A DNA stretch of 64,000 nt from Octopus vulgaris. Lineage: Eukaryota. Location: the NCBI GenBank assembly GCA_951406725.2, contig OX597819.1, positions 45,942,001 to 46,006,000 of the forward strand, read 5' to 3'. The translations under genes were made by a program, and so were the position numbers. The first letter of the stretch is position 1. Each line of letters begins with the position of its first letter. Below the pieces are notes generated by a model, which saw only the letters and a list, made by a program, of their open reading frames with translations, searched no databases and was not told the DNA's origin. Shown here piece after piece: positions 1 through 14,410 of the stretch.

Positions 1-168
1 CACTCAAGTCGTACACGCTAAAGACAGCAGACAGCATCGGGTGGATTAGACATTATCTACGGTAAACAATCAATGTTGGTGGTCACAACATTTTGATCTG
101 AGGGTTGATTTATCAGAGCTGACCTGGGGTAACAAGCAGTAACAACAACAGCGGCAGCAGCAACAAGA

Positions 169-169
<1 letters not shown>

Positions 170-232
<63 letters not shown>
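170..232. repeat. (CTA)n microsatellite
   Basis: Perfect ctactacta run; source of the poly-Ser ORF 70..276. Confidence 0.95.
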
Positions 233-233
<1 letters not shown>

Positions 234-1082
234 AAGAATAAGAATATAATTCTACTTTTATACATGAACCAACCATGGAGAAGCAGCTGTGTGGTCTTTC
301 GTTCTTGTAGAAACAGAAGTCAAATCCCCTTCAAGCAACGTTTTATCGTCTTGGAAAATAACGTAATTGTAGAAACATTATGTTTGGAAAAGAAAACAAG
401 GGATAGACATTGCTATAATACCTATGATCATAGGCCTACTCGTTTCTGCTGACCTGGGGCTAAACAACAATATTTTCAAAGAATCACCAGAAAGAAACAT
501 AGCGTTATTTTTTACGCTGTCGTTACAGTTGTTGCTATAATTGGAATTTGCGCTGATTTTCGTCTAAAAATGTATTTAGATTGATGTGGAGAGAATAAGT
601 TTGTAGATAATATGAAGGACACCAGATTTGTTTGTTGTTTATTGGGTATTTTTATTTTTGTCCTTTTCTTTGTTTTTGTCGAGATGTATTACAAGGACGG
701 TCTTTCGGATTGATACTGCAGATGCTGGATTGAGAGTAGTAGAAGGAAGAGGAAAATAAGTCAAAAGAAGAGGAAGGGAGGAATGAGAAGAAAGTTATGA
801 TAATGATAATGTTAGTCGTGGTGATGGAGGAAGGTGGTGGTGGTGGTGGAGCTATTGTCTATGTAGTAGAGAAACGAGAACATAGGAGGAAATAGGACAT
901 TAAAAAAAGAGACAAATGAAACGAACAAGAAATTTTAACGTTTATTCTTGAGTGGACAAACTTTCACCTTCTTCCTCTCTCGCTTGCTCTATTAACATGT
1001 GTGAGTTTATACACACACACACATATACATACATATCTCACTGCTTAGCTATCTACTTCTTTACTTATCTAATTACAGACAC

Positions 1083-1121
<39 letters not shown>

Positions 1122-1229
1122 AAATTCTGGTGCATCTAATTAAAGTACCACATTCATTTGAATCTAAATTTTTCTGAACGTATATATATATATATATATA
1201 TAGGATTGTGTGTATGCATATATGCTCTT

Positions 1230-2800
1230 GTAATGTCACATATCGACCTACTAGAAAACATAATGAGGGAAACGGAAGTGCTCAATGACGACCCGGGTTT
1301 TCTGGAAACCAATGAAGGACACCCAGACAGTATCAAAAAAGAATCTGAGAACATCGCTGGCACCTAAACAGCACTGAAGAAGAAAAAGAAAAAGAAACGG
1401 CGAACAGCTGCTATGAGAACAGTAAAAGCTTGGCTGTGGTGAAATATAGAGGCATGCAAAATCTCTGACAGCCAGAAAAACTGGCACTCTGAAATCCGAA
1501 AGTAGCAGGAAGAGCAAGAACAAAGACAAAAATCCCAAAACGCCAAAAGGCAAAACGAAGAAGCACCAGGATAGAAACTGATAGAGCCCAGGTGGCATTT
1601 ATATTTTACTTAGATAGCACCAGCTGGCACGGAGAAAGGGAAGAGGAGTGCGGCTTTACCCATCCCAAATCTTATCGGAACAGCTAGTAAAGCAACCAAA
1701 TGAAACAAAACCAGCCGAAACATAGAAGGAAATCATCAAGCATGGATCTGCAGGGAGAAACCAACAGGAAGAAAAACGTCTCAAATGCGTAGGAAAAGAG
1801 ATCAACGCATGCGCTCTGCATCCCTCAAAAGGCAATACGCATATACTGTACGAACTGCAGCTGTCGAACAAGTCATTTTGGAACATAGCCCAGAAGATAG
1901 TGCAGCTGCAAACTCAAAGGAAGCAAACTCAAAGCCGCGTATTTCAATGCAAAAGACTGTGTCAGGTGACAGGCCCAGGATGGCCACCACTAACACCTAC
2001 CCAGATATTGCCCCTATAAATCAAAATGGCAATCAATCGACAAAGAGATCCACAAAGGAAGTTGGTCCAACTTTCTATATATGCAAGATATTGGCTTGAA
2101 ACTCAACCAGTTTATGTCAACAGTATAAGCTAATGCACTAAACATACCCCAGAAAGAAAGACTAACAGACTGATAAACAAGAATCTAAGAGACAGAAAAT
2201 CCACATGAGACGCAGGTCAAAGGTCTCAAAGCGGTTAAATAGGCAACTGAAGGATAGGGAGATCTTCATACGGACACTCCTAGAAGTCGAAAACAAGTTC
2301 AAACTCTCTCATGAAAGGGAAAGAGCAGAGAGAAAAGGGGCTGCGGAAAGCATAAACACAAATTCCATAGCTTTATAAAAATTTACAAAGGAAAGAGCCA
2401 CACTATAATATAAAATAGAACATTGTTCCAAGGTAATGACTCAATGAGAGCGGACCCAGGGAGAATAAGTGAGATACTCAGTGAACAATTTAAAGGTGTC
2501 TTCACTTCACCCTTTGGACACATGGAGATAAAAAATCCAGCTGAGTTCTTTAATAATGCAGCTCTAAAATGGAGGCGCCAGCCATCGATTACACCAACAT
2601 TGAGGATACAGATGTAACAGCGGCCATACATGAAATAGGCTCATATTTCTCTACTGGTCCTGATGGCTTCCAAGCTATTTTGAAGTCACGTAAGCAGGCT
2701 TTAGCCAAACTACTTCAGATACTTCAGATACAACGTTTCCTTGCAACTGGCAAACTTCCTAAAAAGCTGTAACAAGGCATTATGTACCCTATCCACAAAC
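1230..2800 (+). mobile_element. Decayed, internally deleted CR1/L2-like LINE (possible ORF1 remnant plus ORF2 region upstream of the RT)
   Basis: 2440-2800 reads, across frameshifts, ISEILSEQFKGVFT...VTAAIHEI...STGPDGFQAILK...LAKLL...GKLPKKL*QGIMYPIHK. This matches the LN.QF.SVFT / GPDG / G.LP..K...PIHK pattern of CR1/L2/Jockey ORF2. Assigning 1230-2400 to the same element is inference. Confidence 0.7.
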
Positions 2801-2809
2801 ATGGCGCAT

Positions 2810-3178
2810 TGTTTGATCGCTTCGTGCTTATATATTGAACTCAAGGTGTACCTGTTGAAGACTATTTCACCTCGCGAGTAAATGTTATTTACTTGCTAAA
2901 CTAAAATCAGAAACCAATTGGTCCAGGAAACATATTTTTGAAGAAAAAAGAAATAGTAGTCTTTTGGCTGCTATTTCTAAAGTTTTCGGTATGTGGTCAA
3001 ACAACTTGTTGCTAAAGCCTTAATTATTGTTATAATTATATATAAATAAACTTCTTGTATAAGTTTTTACCGAATATGGTTCTTTTCCATACCGAAAACT
3101 ACTTGGTAAAATTTGTTAATTTTATTAAATTGATAATTTTACCCTATATCTGTAATATATTAACTTTATATATATATA
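2810..3178 (+). mobile_element. Non-coding Penelope-like/HHR element, distant relative of the 644-bp monomer
   Basis: HHR at 2851-2927, then TTGGCTGCTATTTCT..TTTTCGGTATGTGGTCAA..CATACCGAA, colinear with the same motif at 30476-30606; ends in (TA)n. Confidence 0.7.
2851..2927 (+). ncRNA. Type I hammerhead ribozyme motif with long stem II (degenerate core, C3U)
   Basis: CCTG-TTGAAGA-[stem II with inner 10-bp GCGAGTAAAT/ATTTACTTGC]-GAAA-CCAATTGG-TC-CAGG. Stem I is CCTG/CAGG, stem III is palindromic, cleavage triplet GUC. Confidence 0.7.
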
Positions 3179-3180
3179 AA

Positions 3181-3392
3181 GTTAATCCAAACAAGAAAAC
3201 ACAGAAAAAAAGAGAAAAAAAACACAGCAACGCGAGGACGTGGAACAATTAAAGTATTATTGACGCTCAGGAAAGAAGGGAAGGAGGGTTTAACGTTTCG
3301 AGAGGAGCTCTTCGTCGGAAACAAGGAGAAGGAAAGATCTCAAGAAGGGAAGACAGAAGAAAAAATATGTTTGCTGGTGGTGCTCAAGAGAT

Positions 3393-3396
<4 letters not shown>
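3181..3396 (-). mobile_element. HHR element family H1 (Penelope-like pLTR remnant), copy 1
   Basis: Homologous to 51182-51392 and 61499-61677; all three abut (TA)n at GTTAATCCAA. Minus-strand HHR 3288-3322: GTTT-CCGACGA-A-GAG..CTC-GAAACGTT-AAAC. Confidence 0.8.
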
Positions 3397-3461
<65 letters not shown>

Positions 3462-4758
3462 GTGTGTGTGTGTATGTATATATACAGGTAGAATAGTCTG
3501 TGGGCTGTTATGTAGATACATGTATGTGTGTGTATATGTGCATATATGTATATGTATACGTATACGTATATGCATATGGCTGTAGGTAAATGGATATCAA
3601 TGTAAATAGACAGGCATACAGATAGATAAGTACATAGGAAATATGAACAGACAAGCACACATACACATATACGCAAATGCAGACTGAAACACGTTACCAT
3701 ACACACACACTAACTTCACTTGAGACATACATAACAGACACACAGAAACCCATACACAGACACACTCAGACATGCACACACAAGGAGAGCGAGGTATGCA
3801 CACACAAGTAAACATACATACATACAAACACATACGCGAACACACAAACATATGAATATGCAGAATATATATATACAAACGTACACACATACATATATGC
3901 ATACACACACATTCATACATACATACGTATGTGTATGCGTACGCACACTTACCCACATACATGCGCACAGACAAACAAGAAGAACGTAGCTCGGATAACG
4001 GACAGAGTCAACGATTATTGAAACGGCTGCAAGACGCCAAGAAAACTTTAGAAAAAATAAATAAGTAAATGAGTGGAAGCTTAACCGGTGAGTGTATTAA
4101 ATAATAAGGCACTAAAAGGGAATGATTCTTTCCAGATACCACAAAATATGCTTCAACACACGAGCTCACATAAAGAATCTTGCAAACCAAATCCAGAAAT
4201 GAAATATGTATATATATTTATCGCAAAAAATCCCAAATTTTATTTAATTTGCTTTGCGGGAAGGACTGTTTCAATGAAGTCACGTCTTGTCTTTGCCTGC
4301 GAAACGTGGAGTAGTTGAAACAGGGACAACTGCAGAAGAGGAATATTCTTTATGTTGTATGTCTCGTTTCTTTGTTTTTTTCGTTGTCCGAAAAAAAAGT
4401 TCGTTTCTATGTTTTTGTTTTTATGTTTTCGTTCTTCATTTTATTCAACGTATTTTTGATGTCCTGTACCCATATATGCATGTATATATATATATACATA
4501 TATATGTAGGTATGTATATATATGTATATATGCATATATCTATATATTATTTATATTATTCTATGATCGAACGCCATGCCACCTTTTCCAAGTAAGTTTT
4601 ATCTGTCTATCTATCTATCTATCTATCAATATATATATATGTATGTGTGTGTATACATATATGTATATACACACCCACACATATATATGGATATTTGTAT
4701 TATACACACACACATTCACACACAAATACACACACACACACACATATATGGATGTTTG

Positions 4759-4804
<46 letters not shown>

Positions 4805-5679
4805 TACACATATACATACACATATATGTACACACATACATAATATACATATGAGTTTGCGTGGAATGAAAGAGAGGGAGGGAGGGAGGGAGGGAGGGAG
4901 GAGAGAGGAAAGCGAGAGAGATATGATGCACACATGTGTTAATATATTAAAAGTGCCGAGGTCTGTTATTAATTGCTGGAGAACTTTTAATTGACTAAAA
5001 TACTGGGTGTTACACTTGGACGTCTCGCATTCTTCTCACAATAGCAACGTAGGTGGTGGTGGTGGTGGTGGTGGTGATGCTGGTTGAGGGGGAGAAGGAA
5101 AGGAAGTATGAATGGTAGTGCAAGGGGATTGTAGAATGAGGTTGGTGAATGGTAGGGGAAAGAGAGACGTTGGTAATGGGAGTGAGGGGGAAAATGTAAA
5201 TGGATGTCTTCTGAAAGGAGTGAAAAAAAAATATCTGGAAAAGGAACTAAGTATAAAAAATACTTGGAGAGAAAAAATAATTACTAAACAAAAATGGAAG
5301 GAAGCATGGGAATATGAAAAGAAGAATCGGGGGAGGGTAAAAGAAAAGAAAAAAAATAGAAACAGGGGTGAAAAATGAGGTGCATAAAGGAAGTGGTGAA
5401 ATGAATTGAAGGCTGATGGATGGAATGAAAGAATGAATTTAGGGAGGGGGAAGGAAATTCCGGAAGAATGAAAATGAGAATAAAATGAATGAATAAATAT
5501 ATGATTGAATGAAAGAATGAATGTTTGCGATTAATTTGGGAGGAGTCGTAGGGTAGACAGAATTTTAAAGAAACTTTTATTTTTTTTAAAATGAAGGATT
5601 GAAAGAAAATTACAACTAGGGTTTTCAAAATAAAGAACGAAGGAGAAAAATAAATAAAGTAAGTAAGTAAGTAGGAACG

Positions 5680-5995
5680 AAAGAAAGAAAGAAAAAAGAA
5701 AGACAGAAAGAAAGACAGAAAGAAAGAAGGAACGTATGAAAGAAAGAAAGAAAGAATGAGGGAAAGAAAGAAAGAAAGAAAGCTAGACAGAAAGAAAGAA
5801 AGAAAGAAGGAAAGCTAGAAAGAAAGAAAGAGAGAAAGAAAGAATGAGAGAAAGAAAGAAAAGAAGGAAGGAAGGAAGGAAGAAAGCTAAACAGAAAAAA
5901 AGAAAGCTAGACAGAAGGAAAGAAAGAAAGAAAGAAAGAAAGAGAGAAAGGAAGAAAGAAAAAAGAAAAAAAGAAAGAAAGAAAGAAAGAAAGAA

Positions 5996-6051
<56 letters not shown>

Positions 6052-6052
6052 A
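5680..6052. repeat. (GAAA)n compound microsatellite
   Basis: Long imperfect gaaa array. Confidence 0.95.
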
Positions 6053-6659
6053 CGGAATGAAATCGAAGAGTGTAAGGATATTCTGGGTATCACATTAAAT
6101 CTGGAACAAAAAAGAAGAGATTTGTAATATAATGAAATCTTTATCATAATGATACTGGCAACTGCCGAGGCAGCCGCCATGAGCATTATATCTTGAACTC
6201 GTTGGTGTCGTTGTTGTTGCTGTTGATGATGTTACTACCCCTGCTGTCATGCACCGCCTCTTCTTTTAGGGTGAAAGTTTGTACCATAACACATGTTGCA
6301 GCTTCTGAAATACACATCCTGAGACACTAGTTTTGGGGCGCAGCGTAACGCACCAATTCAGCCTTTCTTCTCGTCTTATCCTCTGTTTAAAAAAAAAATC
6401 CAGTCACAGACTACCTTATGCTCTGTACTTGTCAACAGAGAACATGCCTAGTCACTAAATCAGAGTAGGTCTTAGACACTCACATGTGGTTAACGAATAC
6501 GAACTCTAATATTCTAATTTCATTTACCTCCCCACCACACGCACACACACACTTTTAAGCTGTTTCTGGCATTAGACTGCAGCCATGTTGGAGCACTTAT
6601 CTTGAAGGGATTTAATCGAATAGATCGACTCCAGTAATTATTGTTTTAAGTTTAGTAAT

Positions 6660-7060
6660 AGGCGTAGGAGTGGTTGTATGGTAAATAGCTTGCTTACCAA
6701 CCACATGGTTCCGGGTTCAGTCCCACTGCGTGGCACCTTGGGCAAGTGTCTTCTACTATAGCCTCGGGCCGACCAACGCCTTGTGAATGGATTTGGTAGA
6801 CAGAAACTGAAAGAAACCCGTCGTATATATGTATATATATGTATATGTATGTGTGTGTATATGTTTGTGTGTCTGAATTTGTTCCCCCAACATCGATTGA
6901 CAACCGATGCTGGTGTGTTTGCATCCCCGTAACTTGGTGGTTCAGCAAAGGAGAGCGATGGAGTGAGGCTTACAAAGAATAAGTCGTGGGGTTAATTTGC
7001 TCGACTAAAGGCGGTGCTCCAACATCGCCACAGTCAAAATGACTGAAACAAGTAAAAGAG
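6660..7060 (+). mobile_element. tRNA-derived SINE, family A, full length
   Basis: Head GGCGTAGGAGTGGTTGTATGG (A box) and GGTTCAGTCCC (B box), internal (TA)/(TG) tract, tail GACTGAAACAAGTAAAAGAG; many copies in the window. Confidence 0.9.
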
Positions 7061-7452
7061 TATCGTAGACCTGTTCAAATAGGCCTATCTAGATTCTCCA
7101 TTCTGTCTACCAGAGCCTAATAATATCGAGATAAGAATGTGGTGGATACGGCTCGAATCATAGCTCTAGTCGATTCAAGCTTACCAGAGTTAAACAACGA
7201 TAAACACTTGAAAGATGAGATATATATATATATATATATATATGGCATTGTTCGATGAGATGTTTTTTCTCAACTGATTGTTTGGGAAAAATTCAGCGGC
7301 TGCTATATGCTGTGACATCGGATGGGAGCTAAAGGAAGTTTACCAAAAAAAAAAAAAAAAAGACGCCCCCATCTGAAGGAACCAGCCTTGGCATTTTACT
7401 TTGAGAAATTCGGTTTCTGCCTGAATATTACATCCCTTCCCTTACTATATGC

Positions 7453-7483
<31 letters not shown>

Positions 7484-8855
7484 TGTATGTATGTATGTAT
7501 GTATGTATGTATGCATGTATGCAATTATGTGTGTGTTTGTATGTATATATATATATGTTTGTGTACAGAAATATATTTCCATATATATATATATGTAAAT
7601 ATATATTTGTGTGTGTGAGAGTGTGTGCATGCATGCATGTATGTATGTATGTATGTATGTATGTATGTATGTATGTATATTTACTATGGCATTCTGCGAA
7701 ATTTTCATCAACCATATTTCACTCATATATCAATAATCAACTCGGGCCTTATAGCAGAATACTCTAATTGAAGGTGCTTCGCAGTGGAAATGAATCCGAA
7801 ACAACGTGGTAGAACAGCAAGCTTCTTTACCCACACAGCCTGCATTACTTTTCGATTCAGTTATGGCTTCCATGTTTAACGTCACATATTCTAGTTTAAA
7901 TACCATTGTTACTCCATACCCTCTATTCTCATTCCCATTTTTGCAAATTCCGACAGGCATTAAGAGGAAATGATTATCTCCTTTGTAAACTGTCCGTTTG
8001 AAAACTTCAGTTTTTTTCTCATTTTCCCCTATATCTTCTCGTTTCTTTATAATTTTATTAGTATATCAACTAATGTATTTCTTCCGAATATTAATACTCT
8101 GTATTTTCAAACACTCTTTTTCCTTTATTTTTCTTTCTCCATACGTTGGTGTAACAGTTTCTATGTCACCTTCAACCATTTATTTTTCTTCTCTTACAAT
8201 TTCTGCTTATTCTTTTCCTATTTTCGTCCACAACTTAACTATTTCTTACGGTTCCTCTATTTCTCCTTCTAATATCCATTTTTCCTTTTCATTTCGTTCC
8301 TTTTCCTCTTATTTCATAATTTACCTTTTGTATTTCCTTCAAATTTTCTCTCTCTTCATCTATCTCCATCTACGTCAATTTTTCTCCATATTTCCTTTCG
8401 ATTTTTCTTCAAGTTTCAACATACACGACGAGCTTTTTTCAGTGTCCGTCAACCAAATCCACGAAAACGACTCGTGTCGGCCGGGGGCTACTGTAGAAGA
8501 CGCTCCCCCAAGGTGACACACAATGAGACAGCACTCGGAGTCATGGGATAAAGAAGCAAGCTTCTTACCACACAGTCACGCTTGTCGCTAACTTACAGAT
8601 TGTAAACAAATGGCACGCTTCTGTAAACGGTGTCAACGCAAACAAATACACACTTAAATATGTGTATTAGAAGCTTTTTCGTGGTTTCTGTTAATCAAAT
8701 GCTCCCAAAAGAAATTAGTCCACTTGTCAGCCGTAGCGAAAGAAGAAACAGTTACCCAAGATACTTTGCAGAGGAATTGATTCCAAAACCATGTATTGAT
8801 GGACGGAATTTCTCAATCACACAGACATGGCTTCTTAAATATTTCTTCAGATTAA

Positions 8856-9750
8856 GGAGGCGAGCTAGCTGAATCGTTAACATGCCGGACAAATTGCTTA
8901 ATGTCGTTTCGTCCGTCTTTACGTTTGGAGTTCATACTCCATCGATCTCGAATTTACCTTTCATCATTTTGATGTCTATAAAATAAGTATCAATTGAGTA
9001 CTGGATTCAATGTGATCGACTTACCCCCTGACTCGAAATTGCTAATCCTATGCCAAAATTCGAAACCAATATTTCTTTAGATTGAAGCGGCGAACTGGCA
9101 GACTCGTTAGTTTAGCACGCCAAGCATTTTAACTTAGCAGCATTTCGTGTCTTTACGTTCAAATTCCTCCAAGTCAACTTGGCCATTCATCCTTTTGGGG
9201 TCGATAAATTAAGTACCAGTTACGCACTGGTGTCGATGTGATCAACTTAATCCCTTTGTCTGTCCTTGTTTGTCCCCTCTATGTTTAGCCTCCTGTGGGC
9301 AATAAAGAAATAAGAATCTTTAGTTTATAGTACGTCAAGCATTTTAGCTTAGCAGTATTTCGTGTGTCTTTATGTTCTGCGTTCAAATTCCTCCGAGACA
9401 GCTTTGCCGTTCATCCTTTCGGGGTCGATAAATTAAGTACCAGTTACATATTGGATCGATCTAATCTGCCCTCCTTCCCCAAAATTTTGGGCCTTGTGCC
9501 TAGAGTAAAAAATAATATTTCTTTAGATTGAAGCGGCGAACTGGCAGAATCTTTAGTTTAGCACGCCAAGCATTTTAGCTTAGCAGTATTTCGTGTGTCT
9601 TTACGTTCTGAGTTCAAATTCCTCCGACGTCGACTTTGCCTTTCATCCTCTCGGGCTCGATAAAACAAGTACCATTTGAGCACTGGAATTGATGTAATTA
9701 ACTCGATCCCTTCACTGATATTACTGGCCTGCTGCCAAAACTTGTAAACA
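8856..9750 (+). mobile_element. Head-to-tail cluster of about four family B SINE units
   Basis: Repeated GGCGAACTGGCAGA..GTTCAAATTCC..CATCCTTTCGGGGTCGATAAATTAAGTACCAG. Confidence 0.85.
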
Positions 9751-10129
9751 ACATTTCTTCAAAATGTTTCACTCAAAGAGCTTCAGTAGAAGGTATTGTA
9801 GAATTCCTGTCGAAGGTGCTGTACAGAAAAACTGAACCCAAAGCCATGTCGTTATGTAAGGAATTTCATAATCACACAACCACTGGTTTCTATATTTCTC
9901 TAATTTTTTTTTTTAATATGTATGTTGCCTTTCCATCTTTTAACTTTTCCTTGCATTACCATTCTTTTTTTTACGTTTGAATATTTTTTAAATAAAATTT
10001 GAATTTTTTTTTCCCTCTGAAAATCGTTTTCTTTCCGTTATTGATTTACTTTTTATGCACTTTCCACACTTTTCCCTCTTTTCCTCTTCGTGTATCCTTG
10101 ATTTAGCTTCCTGATATCTTGTAGTACTA

Positions 10130-10465
10130 GAAAAAATGATAGTAGTAGTAGTTCTAGCAAGAGTAGTTGTAGTAGTAGTAGTAGTAGTTGTGTTGGTGGA
10201 GGTGGTGGTGAGAGTAATAACTGTGTTTGTGGTGGTGGTTAAGATGGAAGTGGAAGCAGTAACAGTGGTGTTGTGGTTGAGCTGGAAGTGTTATTAGCAA
10301 TGGTGGTTGAAGTAGTAGTAGTAGTGGTGGTCGTGGTGGTGGCGGTGGCGGTGGTGGTGGTGGAGTCGAAGGCAGTGGTCAGGATGGAAGCAGTAATAGT
10401 GGAGATTGAGATGGAAGTGTTACCAGTGATAGCCGTGATGGTAATGGTGGTGGTGGTAGTAGTAA

Positions 10466-10532
<67 letters not shown>
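10130..10532. repeat. (GTA/GTG)n triplet repeat region
   Basis: Degenerate, then perfect, gtagtagta run; source of the poly-Val and poly-Leu ORFs. Confidence 0.9.
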
Positions 10533-10804
10533 CGTTGATTGACTCCCTTTCGACTCTGGTGGAGCAGCCTTGCGATCAGAGTTATTCCGACTGATACTAT
10601 TCCTGTCTTTCGTTTGGACACAATGTATCTAAGACTGCACAATGCAGTTTGCTCCTCAATTCTTTCTAATGGCAGCTAGACGTGATTTTAGAGTGAGTTA
10701 GCTTGGATTTCTAACCGGTTGGCAACTGCGGAGAACCAAGTTCATACGAGACTCACGATTAGTCTCTGGCTTGTATTTTCCTTATTATTGTTCATTGTTA
10801 AGTA

Positions 10805-11450
10805 AGGCGATGATCTTACAGAATCGTTAGGCCGCCGGCCGAAATGCTTAGCGTTATTTCGTCGGTCTTTACGTTCTGACTTGAAATTCCGCAGGGATCG
10901 ACTTTGCCTAGTCCGATAAATTAAGTACCAATTGCTTACTGGTGTCGCTTTAATCGACTGGTCCCTCCCCAAAAAATTTCGGACCTTGTTCCTGGAGTAG
11001 AAAAGAATCGTTAGCACACCCTTAGAGGCATTTTTTCCGTCTTTACCTTCTGAATTCAACTTCTGTGGTGGTCGAATTTGCCTTCTATCCTTTCGGGGTC
11101 GATGAAAAAAAGTACCAATTGAACACTTGGATCAATATAATCCGCTAGCGTTTTACTTAAAAATTTTCATCATCCCGTGGTCAACTTTGCTTATTATCTT
11201 TTCGGGGTCGAAGAGATAAGCACCAGTTGGGTACTGGGTTTCGGTACTAGTCCTCTGCTTCAGAAATTCCAGGTCTTTTGCCTCTTGTAGAAAAAATTAT
11301 TACTCACTGAAAGGTAGACAGCTGGGTGGCCCATTAACACATCAGACAAAATAACGGGATTTCTTCCGGCTTTTTACGCTCTTAGATCACATCACGCCGA
11401 GCTTATCTTTGCCCCTTTCCTCTTTTCAAGGTCGATAAAGGAAAATACAT
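10805..11450 (+). mobile_element. Cluster of degenerate family B SINE units
   Basis: Several TTTCGGGGTCGA..AAGTACCA cores. Confidence 0.75.
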
Positions 11451-11690
11451 GTAAAACATTGACATCGATGGCATCAGTAAATCTACGATATGTATATTTA
11501 TATATCTATATCTATATATATATATATATATATTTGTATATAGGAATGGTGATGCAGTCAAGAAAACTAAAACTCAAGATATGAGTATATGTATAATTCT
11601 AGTAATATTTAGCAGTGGCAAGAAAATGAGTCAAGGGCTGACACTTTCGTGCGTTGGGACCTATCGAACTATTCATCTATCTATAGCAAA

Positions 11691-12008
11691 GGTGCGTGGC
11701 TTAGTGGTTAGGGTATTCGCCTTTGGACCCTAACGTCAGGAGTTCAATTCCCGCTGACGCATTGTGTCCTTGATCAAGACACTTTATTTCACGTTGCTTC
11801 GGTCCACGCTGCTGGCAATAATGACTAGTACATATATTTCAAAAGACCAGGCTTTGTACACTCTTTTACGTTGAATCTCCCTGAGAACTACGTTAAGGGT
11901 ACGCGTGTCTGTGTAAAGTTCGGTCACACGTACATTAATTTCTCGAGCAAGCCGCTCAGGTAAGCGGATCAATTGGAACCCTGGTCGTCGTAACCGACGG
12001 AGAGCCAG
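11691..12008 (+). mobile_element. tRNA-derived SINE, family D
   Basis: TGGCTTAGTGG (A box), AGTTCAATTCCC (B box), then TTGTGTCCTTGATCAAGACACTT, resembling the conserved central-domain start of CORE/V-type SINEs. Confidence 0.75.
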
Positions 12009-12013
12009 TTATG

Positions 12014-12069
<56 letters not shown>

Positions 12070-12085
12070 TGTTTGTGCGTGTTTG

Positions 12086-12120
<35 letters not shown>

Positions 12121-12169
12121 GCATGTGTGTATGTGTGTGTGTGTGTGTGTGTGTCTTTGTCTCTCCAGC

Positions 12170-12349
12170 ATTAGTATCTTGACAACCGATCTTGGTGTGT
12201 TAACATCCCTGTAACTTAGCGGTTCGGCAAAAAAAGGCTGACTAGACTAACAATGAATAAGTCCTGAGTTCAATTTGTTCGACTACAATCCTTTAACGCA
12301 GTGCTCCAGTATGGCCGCAGTCGAATGACTGAAAGAAGTAAAAGAATAA

Positions 12350-12386
<37 letters not shown>

Positions 12387-12402
12387 TGAAAGAAGCCAGT
12401 CG

Positions 12403-12436
<34 letters not shown>

Positions 12437-12655
12437 AGTCTGTGTCTGTCCCCCCACCACGCTTGACAACCGGTGTTGGTGTGTTTATGTACCCGTAACC
12501 TAGCGGCTCGGCAAAATATAGACACCGAGAGAAAAAAGTACTAGGCTTACAAAGAATAGGTCTTCGGGGTCGATTTGTTTCGATTAAAGGCGGTGCTCTA
12601 GCATGGCCGCCCTCAAATGACTGAAACGAGTAAAAGAATAAAAGAATGAAAGAAT
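12170..12655 (+). mobile_element. Two 3' halves of family A SINE
   Basis: TTGACAACCG..TAACTTAGCGGTTCGGCAAAA..GTGCTCCAGCATGGCCGC..GACTGAAA..GTAAAAGAATAAAA, present twice. Confidence 0.85.
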
Positions 12656-12731
12656 ATATATATATATATACACATATAACGAGGGGACAGAATGCATTCT
12701 GTGTTTTTGTGAGGTTTATTACATGACGATG

Positions 12732-12762
<31 letters not shown>

Positions 12763-12990
12763 TTCTGTATGTGCCTGTATACGAGCTTGACTATGAAGTC
12801 AGTTCATCAGCGCTCAGGTTTTGATGAGGATAATGGATGTGTTTGTGCGTGTTTGCATGTATACATTATGCGCAGGGGCGTTTGTACGTGCATGTTTGCG
12901 AGTTTTACATGCATGTATATTTATGCTATTTTTTCTTTATGCTGTGTTCACGTCCTGTCCTTTTTTGTAACGTTATTATATGAATGCATG

Positions 12991-13083
<93 letters not shown>

Positions 13084-13830
13084 ACGTGTATATGTATGAA
13101 TGTGTGTATGTGTGTGTATGTGTGTGTTTGGTGAATTTAAATGTCCCTGTGCGAGTGTGTCATGACAATGGTGTGTATATTTCCATGTATGTGATTGTGT
13201 GTGTCACTACGTGTTCGCTGTAACGCGCATGTGCGTGTGTGTGTGCTATAATGTGTGCGTATGTGTTTTAGTGGTTTGCTTGCATCCCTGGGGCGACTAC
13301 TCTCCATTTTTGCTGACTAATTAACCCGTACGTTGAGAGACCAATCATTGAAGAGAGCTGATGAAGACCTCGCTGCTAATTAATGCTGGGGACGTCACAG
13401 AGCGAAAGAGAGGGAGCGAAAGGATGGCGAAATATTTGAAGGAGAAGGCGGAGGGGGTAAAGGATGGCAATAGGCTTTTTTTTTAATGGAATATGTGGGG
13501 GGGGGGGGGAAGAGGTATGTAGAGGAGGGAAAGGGAGAGAAGTGACATGACTGGGATTTAGAAAAAGGCAAAGAGAGGAGAGGATTTTAGAAGGTTTAAA
13601 ATTTGCGGAGTATTGGAATAATCTGGGTTTAAATGGAATACAGAACTGTGTTTTATTCTGTCCCTGTTTTTCAATCACACTCACTAAACATACACACACA
13701 CACACACATATATATATACAAACACACACACACACACACACAACACACATACAAACGCACACACACACAAACACACTCACAGATACAAACACACACACAC
13801 AAACACACATACTAATGCACACACACACAA

Positions 13831-13865
<35 letters not shown>

Positions 13866-14044
13866 CAAACACACATACAAGCACCCGAAAATATTATACG
13901 TGCTTTTGTACGTGCGTGTGTGTCGATGTATCTAACGCTCTGTCTGTCTATGTATTTAAACACACACACACACAAGCATGATTCAGTGTGTATGTTTAAG
14001 TTATGTAAATTAATTTTGGTAGTAAATATTAGATTCTAATTTTT

Positions 14045-14410
14045 GCACAAGGCCAGCAGTTTTGTGGAAGGGGTAAATTCGATTCCATTGGTCTTAATAC
14101 TCAACTGGTACTTACATCATCGGCCCCCAGTCTACTTCGGCAGAACTTGAAGTCAGAACGTAAATACTAACAAAATGCTGCTAGTCTCTAATATTTCTTT
14201 CAAATTTTGGCACAAGGCCAGTAATTTTAGGGGAGAGTGTTAAGTCAATTACATTGACTCCAGTATTTTTCTGGTACTTATTTTAATGGATCCCGAAAAG
14301 ATGAAAGACAAAGATGACCTCGGTGGAATTTGAACTCAGAACGTAAAGACAGACGAAATGCCGCTAAGCATTTTGCCCAGCGTGCGAATGATTCTGCCAA
14401 CTCGCCACTT
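14045..14410 (-). mobile_element. Two family B SINE copies
   Basis: Reverse complement of the family B head and core. Confidence 0.8.

Noticed and set aside
1785-2099. 104-aa ORF as a host gene
   Set aside because: It lies in the decayed LINE region, with no domain or splice support.
13355-13410. CTGATGA...GAAA as a hammerhead
   Set aside because: No stem I, II or III pairing in the required register.
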